Assembly (NCBI GenBank): GCA_963705255.1
Contig: OY970061.1
Span: 640,001-704,000, forward strand
Length of the DNA stretch: 64,000 nt
Direction of reading: 5' to 3'
Source of the DNA: an uncultured Methanoregulaceae archaeon
GTDB taxonomy: Archaea; Halobacteriota; Methanomicrobia; Methanomicrobiales; Methanospirillaceae
Shown here: piece by piece, positions 31,510 through 45,400 of the stretch
Numbering within the stretch: the first letter of the stretch is position 1
Layout: the number at the start of each line of letters is the position of its first letter
The notes under the pieces: generated by a model
What the model was told of the DNA's origin: nothing
Seen by the model: only the letters and a program-made list of their open reading frames with translations
The model's database searches: none
Position numbers and translations under genes: made by a program

Positions 31510-33363
31510 ATGGCAAAAGAGAAAGTTCTGGGTATCGATCTGGGAACAACCTTTTCCTGTATGTCGATCATGGAAGCGGGAAAACCCATCGTTATCCCGA
31601 ACTCCGAAGGCGGGCGGACGACGGCATCGGTCGTTGCATTCACCAAAGAAGGCGAACGCCTTGTCGGCAGTCTTGCAAAGCGGCAGGCCGTGACCAACCC
31701 CCAGCGAACCATCCAGTCCATCAAGCGGAAGATGGGAACAGGAGAAAAAATCAATATTGACGGTAAAGGATATACCCCGCAGGAAATCTCCGCAATGATC
31801 CTGCAGAAGCTGAAGATCGATGCCGAGGCGTACCTTGGCGAGAAGATCGCAAAAGCGGTCATCACGGTGCCGGCATATTTCAATGATGCCCAGCGCCAGG
31901 CAACCAAGGACGCCGGAAAGATAGCCGGACTTGAGGTACTGCGTATTATCAACGAACCTACGGCAAGTGCACTCGCGTACGGCATCGACAAAGAGCATGA
32001 TGTAACGGTGCTGGTGTACGATCTCGGGGGCGGGACATTTGACGTCTCCATCCTGACCCTTGGCGATGGCGTTTTTGAGGTCAAGTCAACGGCAGGAAAC
32101 AACCATCTCGGCGGTGACGACTTCGATAAAAGGATAACCGACTACCTTATTGAGGAGTTCCGGAAGAAAGAAGGTGTCGATCTGAAGAATGACCCCTATG
32201 CCATGCAGCGCCTCCGGGATGCTTCGGAAAATGCCAAGATCGAGCTCTCGCAGCGACAGTCGACCAACGTCAACCTGCCGTACATCACTACTGATGCCAG
32301 CGGCCCGAAGTTCCTCAACATCGACCTCACCCGGGCAAAACTCGAGCAGCTCATCGGCGATCTCGTCGAATCCACGGTCGGACCGGTGCAGCAGGCGCTC
32401 AGCGACGCAAAACTAGAACCCAAGGACATCGACCATGTCCTCCTTGTCGGGGGGTCGACGCGGGTACCGCTCGTGCAGGATACCGTAAAGAAGCTCCTCG
32501 GCAAAGAACCGGACAAGGGTCTCAACCCCGACGAGTGTGTTGCACTCGGTGCCGGTATCCAGGGAGCGGTCCTGACCGGGGAGACCAAGGATATCGTCCT
32601 CCTGGACGTTACGCCCCTCACGCTCGGTATCGAGACCCTCGGGGGTATTGCAACAAAACTGATCGAACGCAATACCACGATCCCGACGCGTAAAAGCCAG
32701 ATATTCTCGACCGCCGCTGACGGCCAGACAAGCGTCGAGATCCACGTGGTGCAGGGCGAACGTGCACTTGCGAAAGACAACTTCACGCTGGGGAAATTCC
32801 AGCTGACCGGCATCCCTCCTGCCCCCCGCGGCATACCCCAGATCGAGGTCACGTTCGATATCGACTCAAACGGTATCATCCACGTCTCGGCAAAAGATCT
32901 GGGCAGCGGCAACCAGCAGGCAATATCGATCAAGGGTGACAAGAAGCTGTCCGAAGAAGACATCAAGAAGATGATGGATGCCGCAAAGCAGTTTGAGGCG
33001 GATGACAAGCAGAAGCGCGAAGAGATCGAGCTGCGCAACCAGGCGGACACCGCGGTTTTCACAGCCGAGAAGATGCTGAAAGAGAGCGGTGAAAAACTCG
33101 AACCCGCCGACAAGCAGAAAGTCGAGGAAGCCGTCGCCGGAGTCAAAAAGGCGCTCGAGGACAACAATCTTGACGGGATAAAAAAATCGATGGAGGCCCT
33201 CACCGAAGCAGTATATATGGTGACGACCAAGATATACCAGAAAGTGCAGGCAGAACAGGCCGCACAGCAGCAGGGCGGTACCGGTGCTGAAGCAGCACCG
33301 GAGAAAGATAAAGACGGCGATGACAACGTTGTCAATGCCGATTATAAGGTAAAAGAAGAGTGA
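31510..33363 (+). CDS. dnaK: Chaperone DnaK (Hsp70)
   Basis: [29 protein letters not shown] and [11 protein letters not shown] motifs. Confidence 0.99.
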   Translation: MAKEKVLGIDLGTTFSCMSIMEAGKPIVIPNSEGGRTTASVVAFTKEGERLVGSLAKRQAVTNPQRTIQSIKRKMGTGEKINIDGKGYTPQEISAMILQKLKIDAEAYLGEKIAKAVITVPAYFNDAQRQATKDAGKIAGLEVLRIINEPTASALAYGIDKEHDVTVLVYDLGGGTFDVSILTLGDGVFEVKSTAGNNHLGGDDFDKRITDYLIEEFRKKEGVDLKNDPYAMQRLRDASENAKIELSQRQSTNVNLPYITTDASGPKFLNIDLTRAKLEQLIGDLVESTVGPVQQALSDAKLEPKDIDHVLLVGGSTRVPLVQDTVKKLLGKEPDKGLNPDECVALGAGIQGAVLTGETKDIVLLDVTPLTLGIETLGGIATKLIERNTTIPTRKSQIFSTAADGQTSVEIHVVQGERALAKDNFTLGKFQLTGIPPAPRGIPQIEVTFDIDSNGIIHVSAKDLGSGNQQAISIKGDKKLSEEDIKKMMDAAKQFEADDKQKREEIELRNQADTAVFTAEKMLKESGEKLEPADKQKVEEAVAGVKKALEDNNLDGIKKSMEALTEAVYMVTTKIYQKVQAEQAAQQQGGTGAEAAPEKDKDGDDNVVNADYKVKEE

Positions 33364-33370
33364 GCCATCA

Positions 33371-34504
33371 ATGGGTGCGGGAAACTACTATGACATCCTC
33401 GGCGTAGCCCGGAATGCCGATGAGAAGGAGATCAAGAAAGCATACCGCAACCTCGCCAGAAAATATCATCCGGATATCTGCAAGGAGCCGGGAGCAGAAG
33501 AGAAGTTCAAGGAGATCAACGAAGCCTACAGCGTCCTTTCCGATGAGCAGAAAAAGGCCCAGTATGACAACATGGGCCACGAGACATATACCAATGCATC
33601 GAAAGGATCGTACACGGGCGGCGGAGGATTCAGCGGCGGAGGCGGGTTCTCTGCCGACTTCTCCGGTTTCGGGGACATCTTCGACTTCTTTGGCGGGGGG
33701 CAGCGGCGGTCGGGGCCGCAGCCCGGGTCAGACCTTCTCATGCGCATCCAGATCCGGCTTGAGGATGCCGTATCGGGGATTGATCGCGACATTGAGGTGA
33801 TGCATACCGAACCCTGTCCTGCCTGCAGCGGGTCCGGGAGCGAGACAAAACGCCTCAATACCTGCCCGCGCTGCGGAGGGACCGGACAGATGCGACAGGT
33901 ATCGCACTCGTCATTTGGCCAGTTCGTCCATATGACTCCCTGTGTCCAGTGCGGGGGGAAGGGCAAAATTCCCGAGAAGACGTGCAGGGAATGCCACGGG
34001 TCTGGCCATACCCGCGTGAAGCGGAAGGTCTCGGTTCACATCCCGGCAGGTATCGACAGCGGTATGCGGCTCCGCATGGAAGGATACGGTGAGGCAGGCG
34101 ATTACGGGGCTGCCAACGGCGACCTGTTCATTGAAGTGCATGTCCAGCCCCACAACCGCTTCTCCCGCAGCGGCGACAATCTCGAGACCCTGATCGAGAT
34201 CAGCCCGGCTCAGGCCGTACCTGGTACATCGGTTGACCTGGAAACGATCGACAACCGGCACATCGACCTGAAGGTGCCGGCCGGTATCCAGTTCAATACG
34301 GCACTGAAGATCGCCGGTGAAGGGGTGAAACGCCGGGGGAAGCACGGGGACCTTCTCGTCCGCGTCCGGATCATCACCCCGAAACCGGTCAGTGGTGAGC
34401 AGAAGGAGCTCTACCAGAAACTTGTTGAACTGGAAGGCAGCAGTTCCGGTTCCGGCGGGTTCTTCTCCGGCATCATGGGCGGGAAGAAGAAAGGGAAGAA
34501 ATAA
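33371..34504 (+). CDS. dnaJ: Chaperone DnaJ
   Basis: J-domain HPD, a G/F-rich linker and four CxxCxGxG repeats. Confidence 0.98.
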   Translation: MGAGNYYDILGVARNADEKEIKKAYRNLARKYHPDICKEPGAEEKFKEINEAYSVLSDEQKKAQYDNMGHETYTNASKGSYTGGGGFSGGGGFSADFSGFGDIFDFFGGGQRRSGPQPGSDLLMRIQIRLEDAVSGIDRDIEVMHTEPCPACSGSGSETKRLNTCPRCGGTGQMRQVSHSSFGQFVHMTPCVQCGGKGKIPEKTCRECHGSGHTRVKRKVSVHIPAGIDSGMRLRMEGYGEAGDYGAANGDLFIEVHVQPHNRFSRSGDNLETLIEISPAQAVPGTSVDLETIDNRHIDLKVPAGIQFNTALKIAGEGVKRRGKHGDLLVRVRIITPKPVSGEQKELYQKLVELEGSSSGSGGFFSGIMGGKKKGKK

Positions 34505-34570
34505 ATTTTTTCACCGGTATGCGGAATCTTCTGCGCAGGTATTTGAGGATTTACCTCAAATGAACTGGGG

Positions 34571-35551
34571 ATGAAGCTGCTCTTCGAGCTGTCCGGAGAA
34601 AACCCGACCCTGCCATTTGCCGAGCTGGAATGTATCGGAACGATCCTTGACCAGCGGTTGCAGGTTGCGGTTGCGGACTGCCCGGCCCCGGAGACCGCCC
34701 GCCGGCTAGCCATGACCCATGCAGTGCTGGAATATCTTGGCGAATGTGAACCTGATCCTGCTGCTTTCAGAAACCTGCTCGGTGAGCTTGCTATCGTGAC
34801 GGAGAAGCCTTTTGCCGGGCGGGTAAAAAAAGTCCATGGCAGCAGCAACGAGCCCCATCCCTCTTCCCAGAGAGAATTTGAAGAGATCATCGGCACTATG
34901 ATTTCAGGCCCGGTCTCGCTGAGCAACCCCGAAGTCGTTTACCGGGCAATACTATCCGGAGACCGATGTTATTTTGGCAGGGTGCTCTTCACCACCGGCC
35001 GCGGCGCTTATGACACGAGGAACCCGGGAAGACGGAATTTTTTCCATCCCGGCGTGATGATGCCGAGGATGGCCCGCACCTTGGTCAACATCGCCTGTGC
35101 TCACGCAGGTGACGTTCTTCTCGATCCATTCTGTGGTACCGGCGGGATCCTCATCGAGGGCGGCATACTCGGGATGAACGCAATTGGCAGCGATTTTGAC
35201 CCGGTGATGATACTCGGGAGCAGGCGGAATGTTGATACTGCTGCTCTCATGCTTGCGGATGCAGCCAGCCTGCCGTTCAGGGACCATTCCGTTGATGCCC
35301 TAGTCACCGATTTTCCCTACGGCCAATCGGTCTGTATCAGGAAGAGCGATTCCATGGACCGGCTCTATGCCGATGCCCTCGATGAGATCCAGCGTGTGCT
35401 GAAAAAAAAGCGACGGGCGGTTGTCGTCACGCACCGGGATATTTCCGCCATTGCATCCGGCAGGATGACTGTACTGCAGCAGCATGACCAGCGGGTTCAC
35501 AAGAGCCTGACCCGGCGTATCCTGGTACTGGGCCATGCAGATTCCCCATGA
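34571..35551 (+). CDS. tRNA (guanine-10-N2)-methyltransferase, THUMP + MTase (TIGR01177-like)
   Basis: FFHPGVMMPRMAR, LDPFCGTGG, TDFPYG and VHKSLTR motifs. Confidence 0.88.
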   Translation: MKLLFELSGENPTLPFAELECIGTILDQRLQVAVADCPAPETARRLAMTHAVLEYLGECEPDPAAFRNLLGELAIVTEKPFAGRVKKVHGSSNEPHPSSQREFEEIIGTMISGPVSLSNPEVVYRAILSGDRCYFGRVLFTTGRGAYDTRNPGRRNFFHPGVMMPRMARTLVNIACAHAGDVLLDPFCGTGGILIEGGILGMNAIGSDFDPVMILGSRRNVDTAALMLADAASLPFRDHSVDALVTDFPYGQSVCIRKSDSMDRLYADALDEIQRVLKKKRRAVVVTHRDISAIASGRMTVLQQHDQRVHKSLTRRILVLGHADSP

Positions 35552-35661
35552 TCATCCCCTGAACAGTTTAGCGGGATATACAAAAACCGATCCTGCCTTC
35601 CAGCATTCCTTTTTTGAAGAATTCTTTATGAGGATTTCACACCACATATGATCCGGTAACT

Positions 35662-36382
35662 ATGGATCCACATCGGTTGGCAGGGACTTCGATACTGGCA
35701 GTTTTTCTTCTTCACGCGTTCTGTATGCCGGTCTCGGCATATTCCAGTGACGCATCAGCATGGTTCACGCAGGGAAATACGTTGTTGCAGTCTGGAAATT
35801 ATTCGGCGGCCGTTTCGGCGTACGATCATGCGATCTCCCTTGAACCCGGGTATTATGAGGCGTGGAATGCAAAGGCAGATGCATTAAACCGCGCTGCTTA
35901 TTCTGATGACAGCTTTAACCAGACGGTTCTCACCGGCGCACTTGCTGCATCGAACACAAGCCTCAGTATCGATCCGGTGTACACCCAGGGCTGGATTAAC
36001 CGTGGCCAGATCCTGTATAATATCGGGCTGTTCTATGAAAACCAGGTCCATGATATCAATACCTCAGATGGATACTATAACGACGAACTCCTTGCGTATA
36101 ACAGAGCGATCGAGATCGATCCGAACAATGCAGAGGCATGGTTTAATAAAGGATTTGCCCTGGGGGGTATGGAGAGGTATGACGAGGCAATTGCAGCATT
36201 CGATAAAGTCCAGAGCATTAATCCGGAATATCCCCGTATCGCATATTATCGGTACTATGGCAGAACAGCTCCGTGATGCGGCAACACCGTTCTATATCAG
36301 ATATGCATTCGCCATCATTGCGGTCATCGTTGTTGCTGGCGGTGCCGTGCTATGGTTTGTTGCAGTGAGAGAGAAGTCCTGA
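35662..36382 (+). CDS. Exported TPR protein with C-terminal membrane anchor; apparent frameshift near 36253
   Basis: Signal peptide and TPR units (AW.NKG.AL, YD.AI). The TM tail YAFAIIAVIVVAGGAVLWFVAVREKS is in the next frame. Confidence 0.8.
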
Positions 36383-36493
36383 TACTGCCATTCTTTTACC
36401 CGGATTTCCGGGCCTTCAGGCTGTGCAGATCTCTTCGGACGTGTATACTCCGGCTCCGGTGAGAAAAAGACAGGGGGTTCTTACAGCCTTCCA

Positions 36494-39400
36494 TCAGCGG
36501 GCCCGTTCATAGCAGATCTTGGCTTCATCGTGTTTCCCGATCCTGTCGAGGATATCGCCGACATCGTTCCAGATCTCCTTGCGCCCGGGCTCGATCTCGA
36601 GCGCCCGCTTGAATGCGCTCAGGGACTCCTGGTACCTCCCGAGTTCCTGCAGGGCGCGTCCTTTGTGGATCCATGCGTCGACAAATTCCGGCTGGAGGTT
36701 GATCATGGCGTCGAACGCTTCAACCGCATCTGCGCAGCGTCCTGATGCGACAAGAGCACTCCCCTTGGTGAAGTATGCAATCGAGAACGACGGGTCTATG
36801 GACAGGGCGCGGTCGTAGGACCCGATTGCTGCCTCATAGTTCTGCTGCGAAGAGAGCACCATCCCGTGCCGTGTCCAGGCGATGGCATTTTCCGGGTCCA
36901 GTACCAGGCCACGGTCATATGCTGACTGCGCCTCCCGGTACTTGCCAAGGTCGTAGAACGCATTCCCTTTCCCGATCCATGCCTCGGCAAGATTCTCGTC
37001 CTGGTCGAGGGCCTTGTCGAATGCTTCTATTGCGTCCCGGTACATCCCCAGTTCCGCGAGGGACACTCCCTTGTGCGCAAATACCCCGGGCCGGTGATCG
37101 ATCTCAAGCGCATGATCATACGACTGGATCGCCTCCCGGTACTGTTCAAGGGCTGCATAGGCGAGTCCGCGGTATTCAAAGACAACTGACCGCTGCGGCA
37201 GGATCTCAAGGGCATGGTTGTATGCCGTGATTGCCGCATCGTGACTGCCCTGTTCGGACAACACCCTGCCCTTCGCAAAAAATGCCTGCCAGCAGGACGG
37301 GTTGATGTCAACGGCCCGGTCGAACGCCGCGATGGCTGCAACAGGGTTGTCAAGCGCAGCTGAGAGCCCTCCCTTTTTCGTAAATCGCGCCTGCAAACCC
37401 GGGATTGAGAGACAGGGCCTGGTCAAAGGAGGCGATGGCGTCCTTGTGGCGGCCCGTGCTGACCAGCGCACGTCCCCGTTCATACAGCGCTTCAGCATAT
37501 TCCGGCTGGATACCAAGCGCCGCATTGAACGAGGTGATGGCCTCGGGGTACCTGCCAAGGCGTGCGAGGGCAACTCCCTTCTTCTCGTAGGCTTCCGCGT
37601 ACCGGTTATTGATGAGAAGCGCACGGTCGAGTGCTTCAATGGCGGCATCAAACTGCTCGCGCCGGAGCAGTGCGAGGCCCTTGTAATAGAATGCCTCGGG
37701 GTACTCGGGCTGGAGAGCGATCGCTTTTTCAAACGAATCGATCGCTTCCTGGTAACGGGTGACCTGAATGAGGGCGATCCCCCGGAACAGGTACGGCGCT
37801 GGAGCTGATGCGTTGATGCCGAGGGCATGGTCATAATCTTCAAGCGCCTGTTCGTACAGCCCGAGACTGGCCCGGGAGATCCCCCGGTAGAGGTAAGCAT
37901 CCGGATATCCCTCTCTCAGGGACAAAGCCCGGTCATACGCCACGACGGCCTCGTTGTTCATAGAGAGCATGGCCAGAGCCCTGCCCTTCTGGAACAAGGC
38001 CTCTGCACAGTCGGGGCGCTGGGCGAGCAGCGTCTCGAGACTTTTGATTGCTTCATGGTATTTTCCCAGCCTGAGGAATGAGACCCCGAGGAAATAGCTG
38101 GCGCGTACATCCCTGGGATCGATTCCAAGAGCCTTCTGGAAGAAGGTGACGGCGTCCTGGTCCCGCCCCAGTGAAGAGAGTGCAATCCCTTTTCCTGTCC
38201 AGATATGCCCGGAATTGGGACGTATCTTGAGGGCCTGGTCAAAAACGGCCATTGCTTCGTCAAACCGCTCGAGCCTGGTAAGAGCTGCGCCTTTGTTATA
38301 CAAGGCTTCCACAAATTTAGGCTGGATCGCAAGGGCATTGTCATACGAGATGACTGCTTCCTTATACATGTTCAGTTCAAAGAGTGCCCGCCCTTTGTCA
38401 TAGTAGGCTGATACGTAATCCGGGCGGATCCCGAGGGCCCTGTTGAACGCTTCGATGGCATCCTCAAACCCGGACAGGGAGAAGAGCGCATTTCCTTTGA
38501 GATACCATGCCTCTGCATTTGCGGGGTCGATCTCGAGCGTCCTGGCATAGGACTCGATCGCATCATGGTATTTTCCGATCTCCGCAAGGACGCTGCCCCG
38601 GTGCAGCCAGGCATCAACGGAACCGGGATTGGACCGGATCACCGCATCAAAGGCCTCGATGGCATCCGTATGCCGTCCTGTAGCCGACAGGGAAAGTCCT
38701 TTGTGATACGACGCCTGCCAGTTACCGGCATCCAGGTCAAGATTCTTGTTGAAAGCGACAACTGCTTCGTCATCCCGGCCGAGGCTTGCAAGGGCAAGAC
38801 CCTTATGGTAATAGACATCGGCGTAGTTTCTCTCGATACTCAGGGCTTTGTCAAAGGTCTTGACTGCTTCGCGGTACATGCCGAGCGAATTGAGCACACG
38901 GCCCTTGTCAAAGAATGCCTCGGTGCAGGAAGGGTCGATCTCCAGCGCCCGGTCAAAGACTTTCACCGCGTCTTCGAACTTCTCCATCCCTGCAAGGGCC
39001 ACCCCTTTTGCGTGAAGGGAAGGTACATGCAGCGGCTGAAGTGCCAGTGCCTGGTTGTAGGCATCGACGGCTTCCGCGGGCCGTTCAAGCGCATCGTACG
39101 ATCGGGCACGGGAATAGAGGGCATCGAAATACCCGGGCCTGATCTCCACCGCATGATCGAAGGCGGCAACCCCCTCTTCATAACGGTTGAGACCGGCAAG
39201 GGCAACACCCAGCTCATACCAGACTTCTTCATTCTCCGGCGTCAGGGTGAGGAGGTTCCGGAAGGATCCGACGGCCTCTTCATATCTGCCAAGAGCCGCG
39301 AGCGCTGCAGCAGTATGATACATGGCATCGTGGTTGCCCGGATCGATCTCCTGGGCGGTAGTCAGTGTCTCAATCGCCTCACCGAATTTCTTCTGATGGA

Positions 39401-42400
39401 ACAAGGCCAGTCCTTTCTCGTACCATGCTGCAGCGTGACGGGGGGAAAGTCCGATGACCCGGTCGAAGGATCCGGTTGCGTCTTCGTACCTGCCTTGTGC
39501 ACAGAGCACCCGCCCCCGTTCAAGGAAAGCATCCGGGTTATCGGGCTGCATGGCGAGGACGCGGTCGAATGCGGATAGTGCACCTTCCGGATTACCGGTC
39601 TGCGCCAGAGCACGTCCTCTTTCGTACCAGATATCCGGGTTTTCCGGGCTGAACGTAAGAGCTGCATCAAAGGCGGCACCGGCGTCGGCATACCTGCCGA
39701 GGTTCATAAGGGAGAGCCCGCGGTAATACAGCGGTTCATACCGGTCCTGCAGGGCGATTGCCGATTCCCCGAGGGCCTCCTCGGCCTCTTCGAGGCGCCC
39801 GAGGTGGGTAAGGGCCATGCCTTTCTCGAACAGGACTTCACCGTCGCCCGGGTCTTTCCCGAGAGCGATATCGAGGATCAGTATAGCGTCTTCAAACCGG
39901 TTGAGCCTGCCCAGGGCTCTTCCCTCGGAAAGGATGATCTCATTATTGTGCGGGTCTGCTTTCCGGGCCTTGCCAAAGGCTTCAGCAGCGTCCTCATCCT
40001 TTCCGAGATGTTCGGATGCCACGCCGCGGTGGAACCATGCAGCAGAGTTGTCCGGAACACGGGAAAGGATGCCGTCAAACGCGGGCACGGATTCCTCATA
40101 CCGCCCGAGCTCTTCAAGGCAGATACCCCTGTTGTAGTAACCGTCAGCAAATTCAGGATCGATGGCAAGCGAACGGTCAAACGAAGCGAGTGCCTCTTCA
40201 TGCCTCCCGAGTGCCGCATATGCCAGACCCTGTGCGAAATGGCTGTCCCGCTGCCCGCCATCCACTGCAATCGCCCGGGAAAACCCGGCGACAGCCTCGG
40301 GATAATTCCCCTGTTCAGAGAGTACCCGCCCTTTCTGGTACAGGGCATCATAGGATTGGGGGTTGACTGCGATCGCCTGATCAAAAGCGGTGACCGCTTC
40401 GGCAAAATTTTTCAGGCTGGCATAGGAAAGCCCCAGGTAATACCAGGCATCAAATAACCCCGCGTCCAGGTCAAGTGCCTGGACAAAGATGCCGGCTGCA
40501 TCTTCAAACCGCTTCTGCATGAAGAGTGCGAGCCCCTTCTGGTAGAGGGCAGGCACGTCCGATGCATCGATCGAGAGTGCCATATCGAACGCGGCAACGG
40601 CGTCTTTGTGCTTTGAAAGCCGTCCGAGGGCGAGGCCCTTGTCATAAAAAGCCGGCGCAAAATGCGGGTCAATAGCGGTCACATTCTCAAATGCCTGGAT
40701 GGCTTCCTGGTCCCTGCCGAGGCGGGCAAGTACGACACCCTTGTCGTACCAGGCATGGGTATATTTGCGGTTGATGGCAATCGCCCGGTCATAGGATGCG
40801 ACCGCCTCATCGTAACGGCCAAGTTCCGTGAGCGCAATGGCCCGGTCATACCAGCCATTGGCATTCTGGGGCTTGAGATCGAGGGCTTTTACCAGTGAGT
40901 CGAGCGCTGGCCCGAACTGGCCAAGGGAGAGAAGGGCACTTCCTTTATTGAGCCATGCACCCGCGCAGCGCCCGTCACCGGAAAGGACCTGATCAAAGCA
41001 GGATATGGCATCGCTGTACCTGGCAAGGTCAAGATATGATCTGCCTTTCCGGTACCACGCTGTTGGGTTGTCCGGTGAAAGCGCGATTGCCCGGTCGAAA
41101 TCCCCGAGAGACGTTTCGAACCTCCCGAGTTCGTACAGCACCGTTCCCTTGAGTACCCAGACGTCAGCGAGGTTATTCTCGCTGTTCAGCGATGCCTCCA
41201 GTGCGCCGAGAGCTTCGTCGAACCTGAGGAGTTTTGCAAGCGCCCGTCCTTTCTGGTACAGGACCGCGGCATTATCCGGTGTCAGTTCCAGTATCTTGTC
41301 AAATGCCCTCACGGCATTCTCATACTTTCCGAGGGCGGAATAAGCAAGGCCTGTCTGGAAGACCGCATCGATGATTGAGGGGTCATGGGTTAGGGCCTGT
41401 TTGTAGGACCGGATTGCTTTTTCATATTTCCCCTGTTCCTGCAGTGCCAGTCCCTTGTGGAAATGGGCCTGGGCATGTTCCGGCAGGCATTCAAGCGTAT
41501 AGTCGAACGATGCAATGGCCTCGGGATATTTCCTGAGACGGAAGAGTGCGGTCCCTTTTAAAAAGGCGGCATCATAGAGGGTGGAATCCGCAGCGAGTGC
41601 GATGTCGCTCGCGATCACGGCGTCCTGGTCATTACCAAGTTCATACAACGCTTCTGCTTTTCCAAACGACGCTACGGCATTCCGGGGGCTGATACCTGCC
41701 GATTTATCGAACGCGGCAACAGCGTCGGAAAATTTGCCGAGCCGGGAGAGAGCTTCCCCTTTCTCCAGCCAGACCGACGCGTCATCAGGCCGGAGATCGA
41801 GTGAGGAATTGAATGATTCCAGCGCTTCCTCGTGCCGCCCCAGTTCCGTGAGGACGTGTCCCCGGTGATAATAAAGCCCTGCGATTCCCGGACCCAGGGT
41901 GAGCGCATGGTCAAAAGCGGATACCGCCTCGTCATTCCGGTTAAGAATGGCGTAGGTGAGCCCTTTGCGGTACGCTGCGTCCTGAAAGCCCGGGTCAAGT
42001 TCCAGGGCCCGGTCAAATGCGGGAAGTGCATCATCATACTTCCTGAGCGTGCTCAGCTCGCAGGCTTTGTTGTACCAGGCAGGGGCACAGGTACCATCGA
42101 GATTTATGGCAGTCTCGAACGAGGACAGGGCGTCCTGGTGAAGTTCCTGCCGGGAAAGCCCTATCCCCTTGTAGTACCATCCGGAAGCGTTCTTCCCGTC
42201 GGCCCTGATGAGTTTGTCGAAAGCAGAGACGGCATCTGCCCACATCTCAAGACGGATATATGCTTTTCCACGGAAGGTGAGGGCAAACGGGTTCCGGGGT
42301 TTGCGTTTTAAGGATTTGCCGAGAGACTCGACTGCCTCCTTGTACCGGTTCAGCCGGTAGAGCGAATACCCTTTGCAGGCGAGGAGATCGGGACTGGAAT

Positions 42401-45400
42401 TGTCCTCCTCGAGAGCACGATCAAGAGCGATGACCGCATCCTCATACCGGGACAGTCTTGCAAGCGCCATTCCCCGCCCGCGGTGCGCCCGTCCATTTTC
42501 CGGGCCCAGCACGAGGGAACTGTCGAATGCAGTGACCGCGTCATGGTACCGCCCGGCCCGGAAGAGCGCTTCGCCTTTCGCGAGCAGGGCTCTGAGGTCC
42601 TGCGGATCCCTTGCCAGCGCCGTATCGAGGGACGAGATCGCCTCTTCAAACCGGGCAAGGGCAGAGAGCGTGTACCCCTTTTCCGCGTACACACGACCTG
42701 AATCGAGGCCCAGTGCGATACACCGGTTGAAGGTCTCAAGGGCATCTTCCGGTCTGCCGAGCCGGGTGAGGGCAAGACCTTTTTCATAGAGGGTCTCTGC
42801 CGTATCCGGCCTGACTGAGAGGTACCCGTCAAAAGCGGCGACTGCACTCTCATATTTTTCCAGCGCGAACAGTGCCCTGCCTTTCGCCAGCCATGCCTCG
42901 GCATTTGCAGGATTGATCTCCAGTGCCCGGGTGAAGACCTCGACCGCGTCCTCATGCAGGTGCAGGAGTACCTGGGCAAACCCTTTGTAGGAATATGCCC
43001 GTTCGCAGTCCGGGGCTATGCGGTTGACCCGGGAGTATGCCGGGATCGCTTCCTTATACTGGCCGAGGTGGTCATATGCCCGTGCCAGTCCGTAAAGGGA
43101 GGGGATGTCCTTGGGGTGGGACGCAAGCACCCGTCCGAAAGCCTCCACTGCTTCCCGGTACCTGCCAAGTGCTGAAAGGGCCCTGCCATTCTCCCGGGAC
43201 GCGTCGGTGAAATCCGGCATCAGGCGGGTTGCTTCCTCGAATACACCGGCAGATTCTGCATATCTTTTAAGGTGGAAGAGCGCAATCCCCTTGTAGTAAA
43301 AAGCCTCGCCGAACTCGGGTGCAATTTTCAGGGCCTGGTCAAATGCAGATATTGCCTCTTCGTCGTTTCCGAGGCTGATCTGGGCGCGCCCCTGGTAAAA
43401 CCAGGTATGGGGATTGGCGGCATCCAGTTCCAGGGCGCTGGCGTATGACCTGACGGCTTCCTGGAACCGCTCGACGGCAAAAAGGCAGAACCCCCGGATA
43501 AGCCACGCATTGGCGATCTTCGGGTTTGAGTCGAGGGTCCTTGTCAGGATCTCGATGGCCTCGCTGAACCTCCCCAGTTCGGCAAAGGCAAGCCCCTGGT
43601 GATAGAGGGAGTCCTTGTTCCCGGGGTCGATCTCGTACGCCCGGGTGAAGGCAGCCGCAGCTTCGTTCTGCCGCCCGAGAGAGGCCAGCGCGAGCCCTTT
43701 CTGGTAGAGGGAATCCGCCTTCCGGGGTTCGAGTTTGGACGCGGTATCGAACGCGGCGATGGCCTGCTCATACTTCTCCATGCGCGACAGCGCAAGCCCT
43801 TTCTGGTGAAAAACCGCAGCATCTTCCGGAGAGATCTCGAGGGCAATATTATACGACAGGACCGCTTCCTCCAGCATCCCTGTCTCAGCAAGCGCTATCC
43901 CCTTGTGGAAGAAGGCCGGGGCAGAATTCGGGATGATTTCGAGCACCCGGTCAAACGATCCGATGGCATCGGGGTAGCGCTCCAGCCGGATCAGTGCAAC
44001 CCCGCGATCGTAGTACGCCTTTGCCATTGCCGGATCAAGTTCGATCGCCCGGTCAAATGCAGCCAGCGCCTCGGAGAAACGTTCCAGGTCTGCAAGGACG
44101 ACGCCCTTGCTGTACCATCCTTCCGCGTAATCCGGTTTTATGCCGACAGCAGTCTCGCTTGAAGCCAGCGATTCCTCGTACCGCCCGAGATCGCGCAGTG
44201 CACGGGACTTGCAGAACGCCGCTTCGGCGTTTCCGGTATCTGATTCCAGAACCTGGTCAAATGCATAGACCGAGTCCTGGTACAGGCCCAGCGAATACAA
44301 CACCAGTCCCCGCTGGTAATGGGCAGGGGTATATTTCGGGGAGAGAGCCAGGCAACGGTCAAACGATGCAACAGCCTCCTCCTGCCGCTCCAGTTTCACG
44401 AGCGTGAGGCCCAGGTAATAATGTGCCATCGCACGCCCGGGATCGCCGTTTACGACGAACCCGAACGCAGCTGCAGCATCGTCGAACTGCCGGAGGCTGA
44501 AAAGGGCGAGGCCCTTGGAGAAATGTGCGTCCAGGGAATTTGTATCGACCTCCAAAGCCTGGTTATAGGACTCCAGCGCTCCGGAAAAATCCTGCAGTTC
44601 CGCAAGTGACCGGGCCTTGTAATAATATGCGTGGAAATTTCCCGGGTTCTCGGCGATGGTCCGGTCGAAATCGGAGATTGCGTCGCGGAACCTCCCCAGG
44701 TTGAAGAACGCGATGCCCTTCCGGAGGCGGGCATCCGTGTATTTCGGCTTCAGCTGCAGGGTCTTGTCAAAGGCAAAGACCGCATCGCTGTGCCGTTCGA
44801 GGGCCGCATACGACTTGCCCTTATGGTAAAAGGCAAGGGCATTCTCGGGATCATAGATGAGTGCCTTATCGAATGCCCCGAGAGCTTCTTCATGGCGCCC
44901 GAGTTTCTCGAGCGCTATCCCGCGGTTAAAATACCCCGGGGCATTGCTGGTGTCTTTGGCCAGGTTCGTGTCGAACGCACGGATTGCATCATCGTATTTC
45001 CCGATCTTCAGGAGTGCAAGGCCAAGGGAATAACTGGCTTCTGTGTACGAAGATTCAATCTCAAGCGCACGGTTCAGCGCACCTACTGCCTCGGTGTATT
45101 TGCCGCTGTCGATCAGGGATTTTCCCTTGAAATACCACGCAGGCGCAAACGCGGGCAGGATTGCAATGGTCTTGTCAAAGGAGAGGATGGCGTCGCGGTG
45201 GTCGCCGAGCCGTGCAAGGGCAAGGCCTTTATGGTACTGTGCTTCCCCGTTTGCGGGATCGATCTCGAGCAGGATCTCAAATACGTGGATTGCCCCTTCC
45301 GTGCGGTTGACTTTTTCGAGAGCCAGTCCCTTGTAATAAAAGGCCTCGATACTCCGCTGGTTTAAGGATATAGCGTTGTCGAATGCTTCTATTGCGTCCT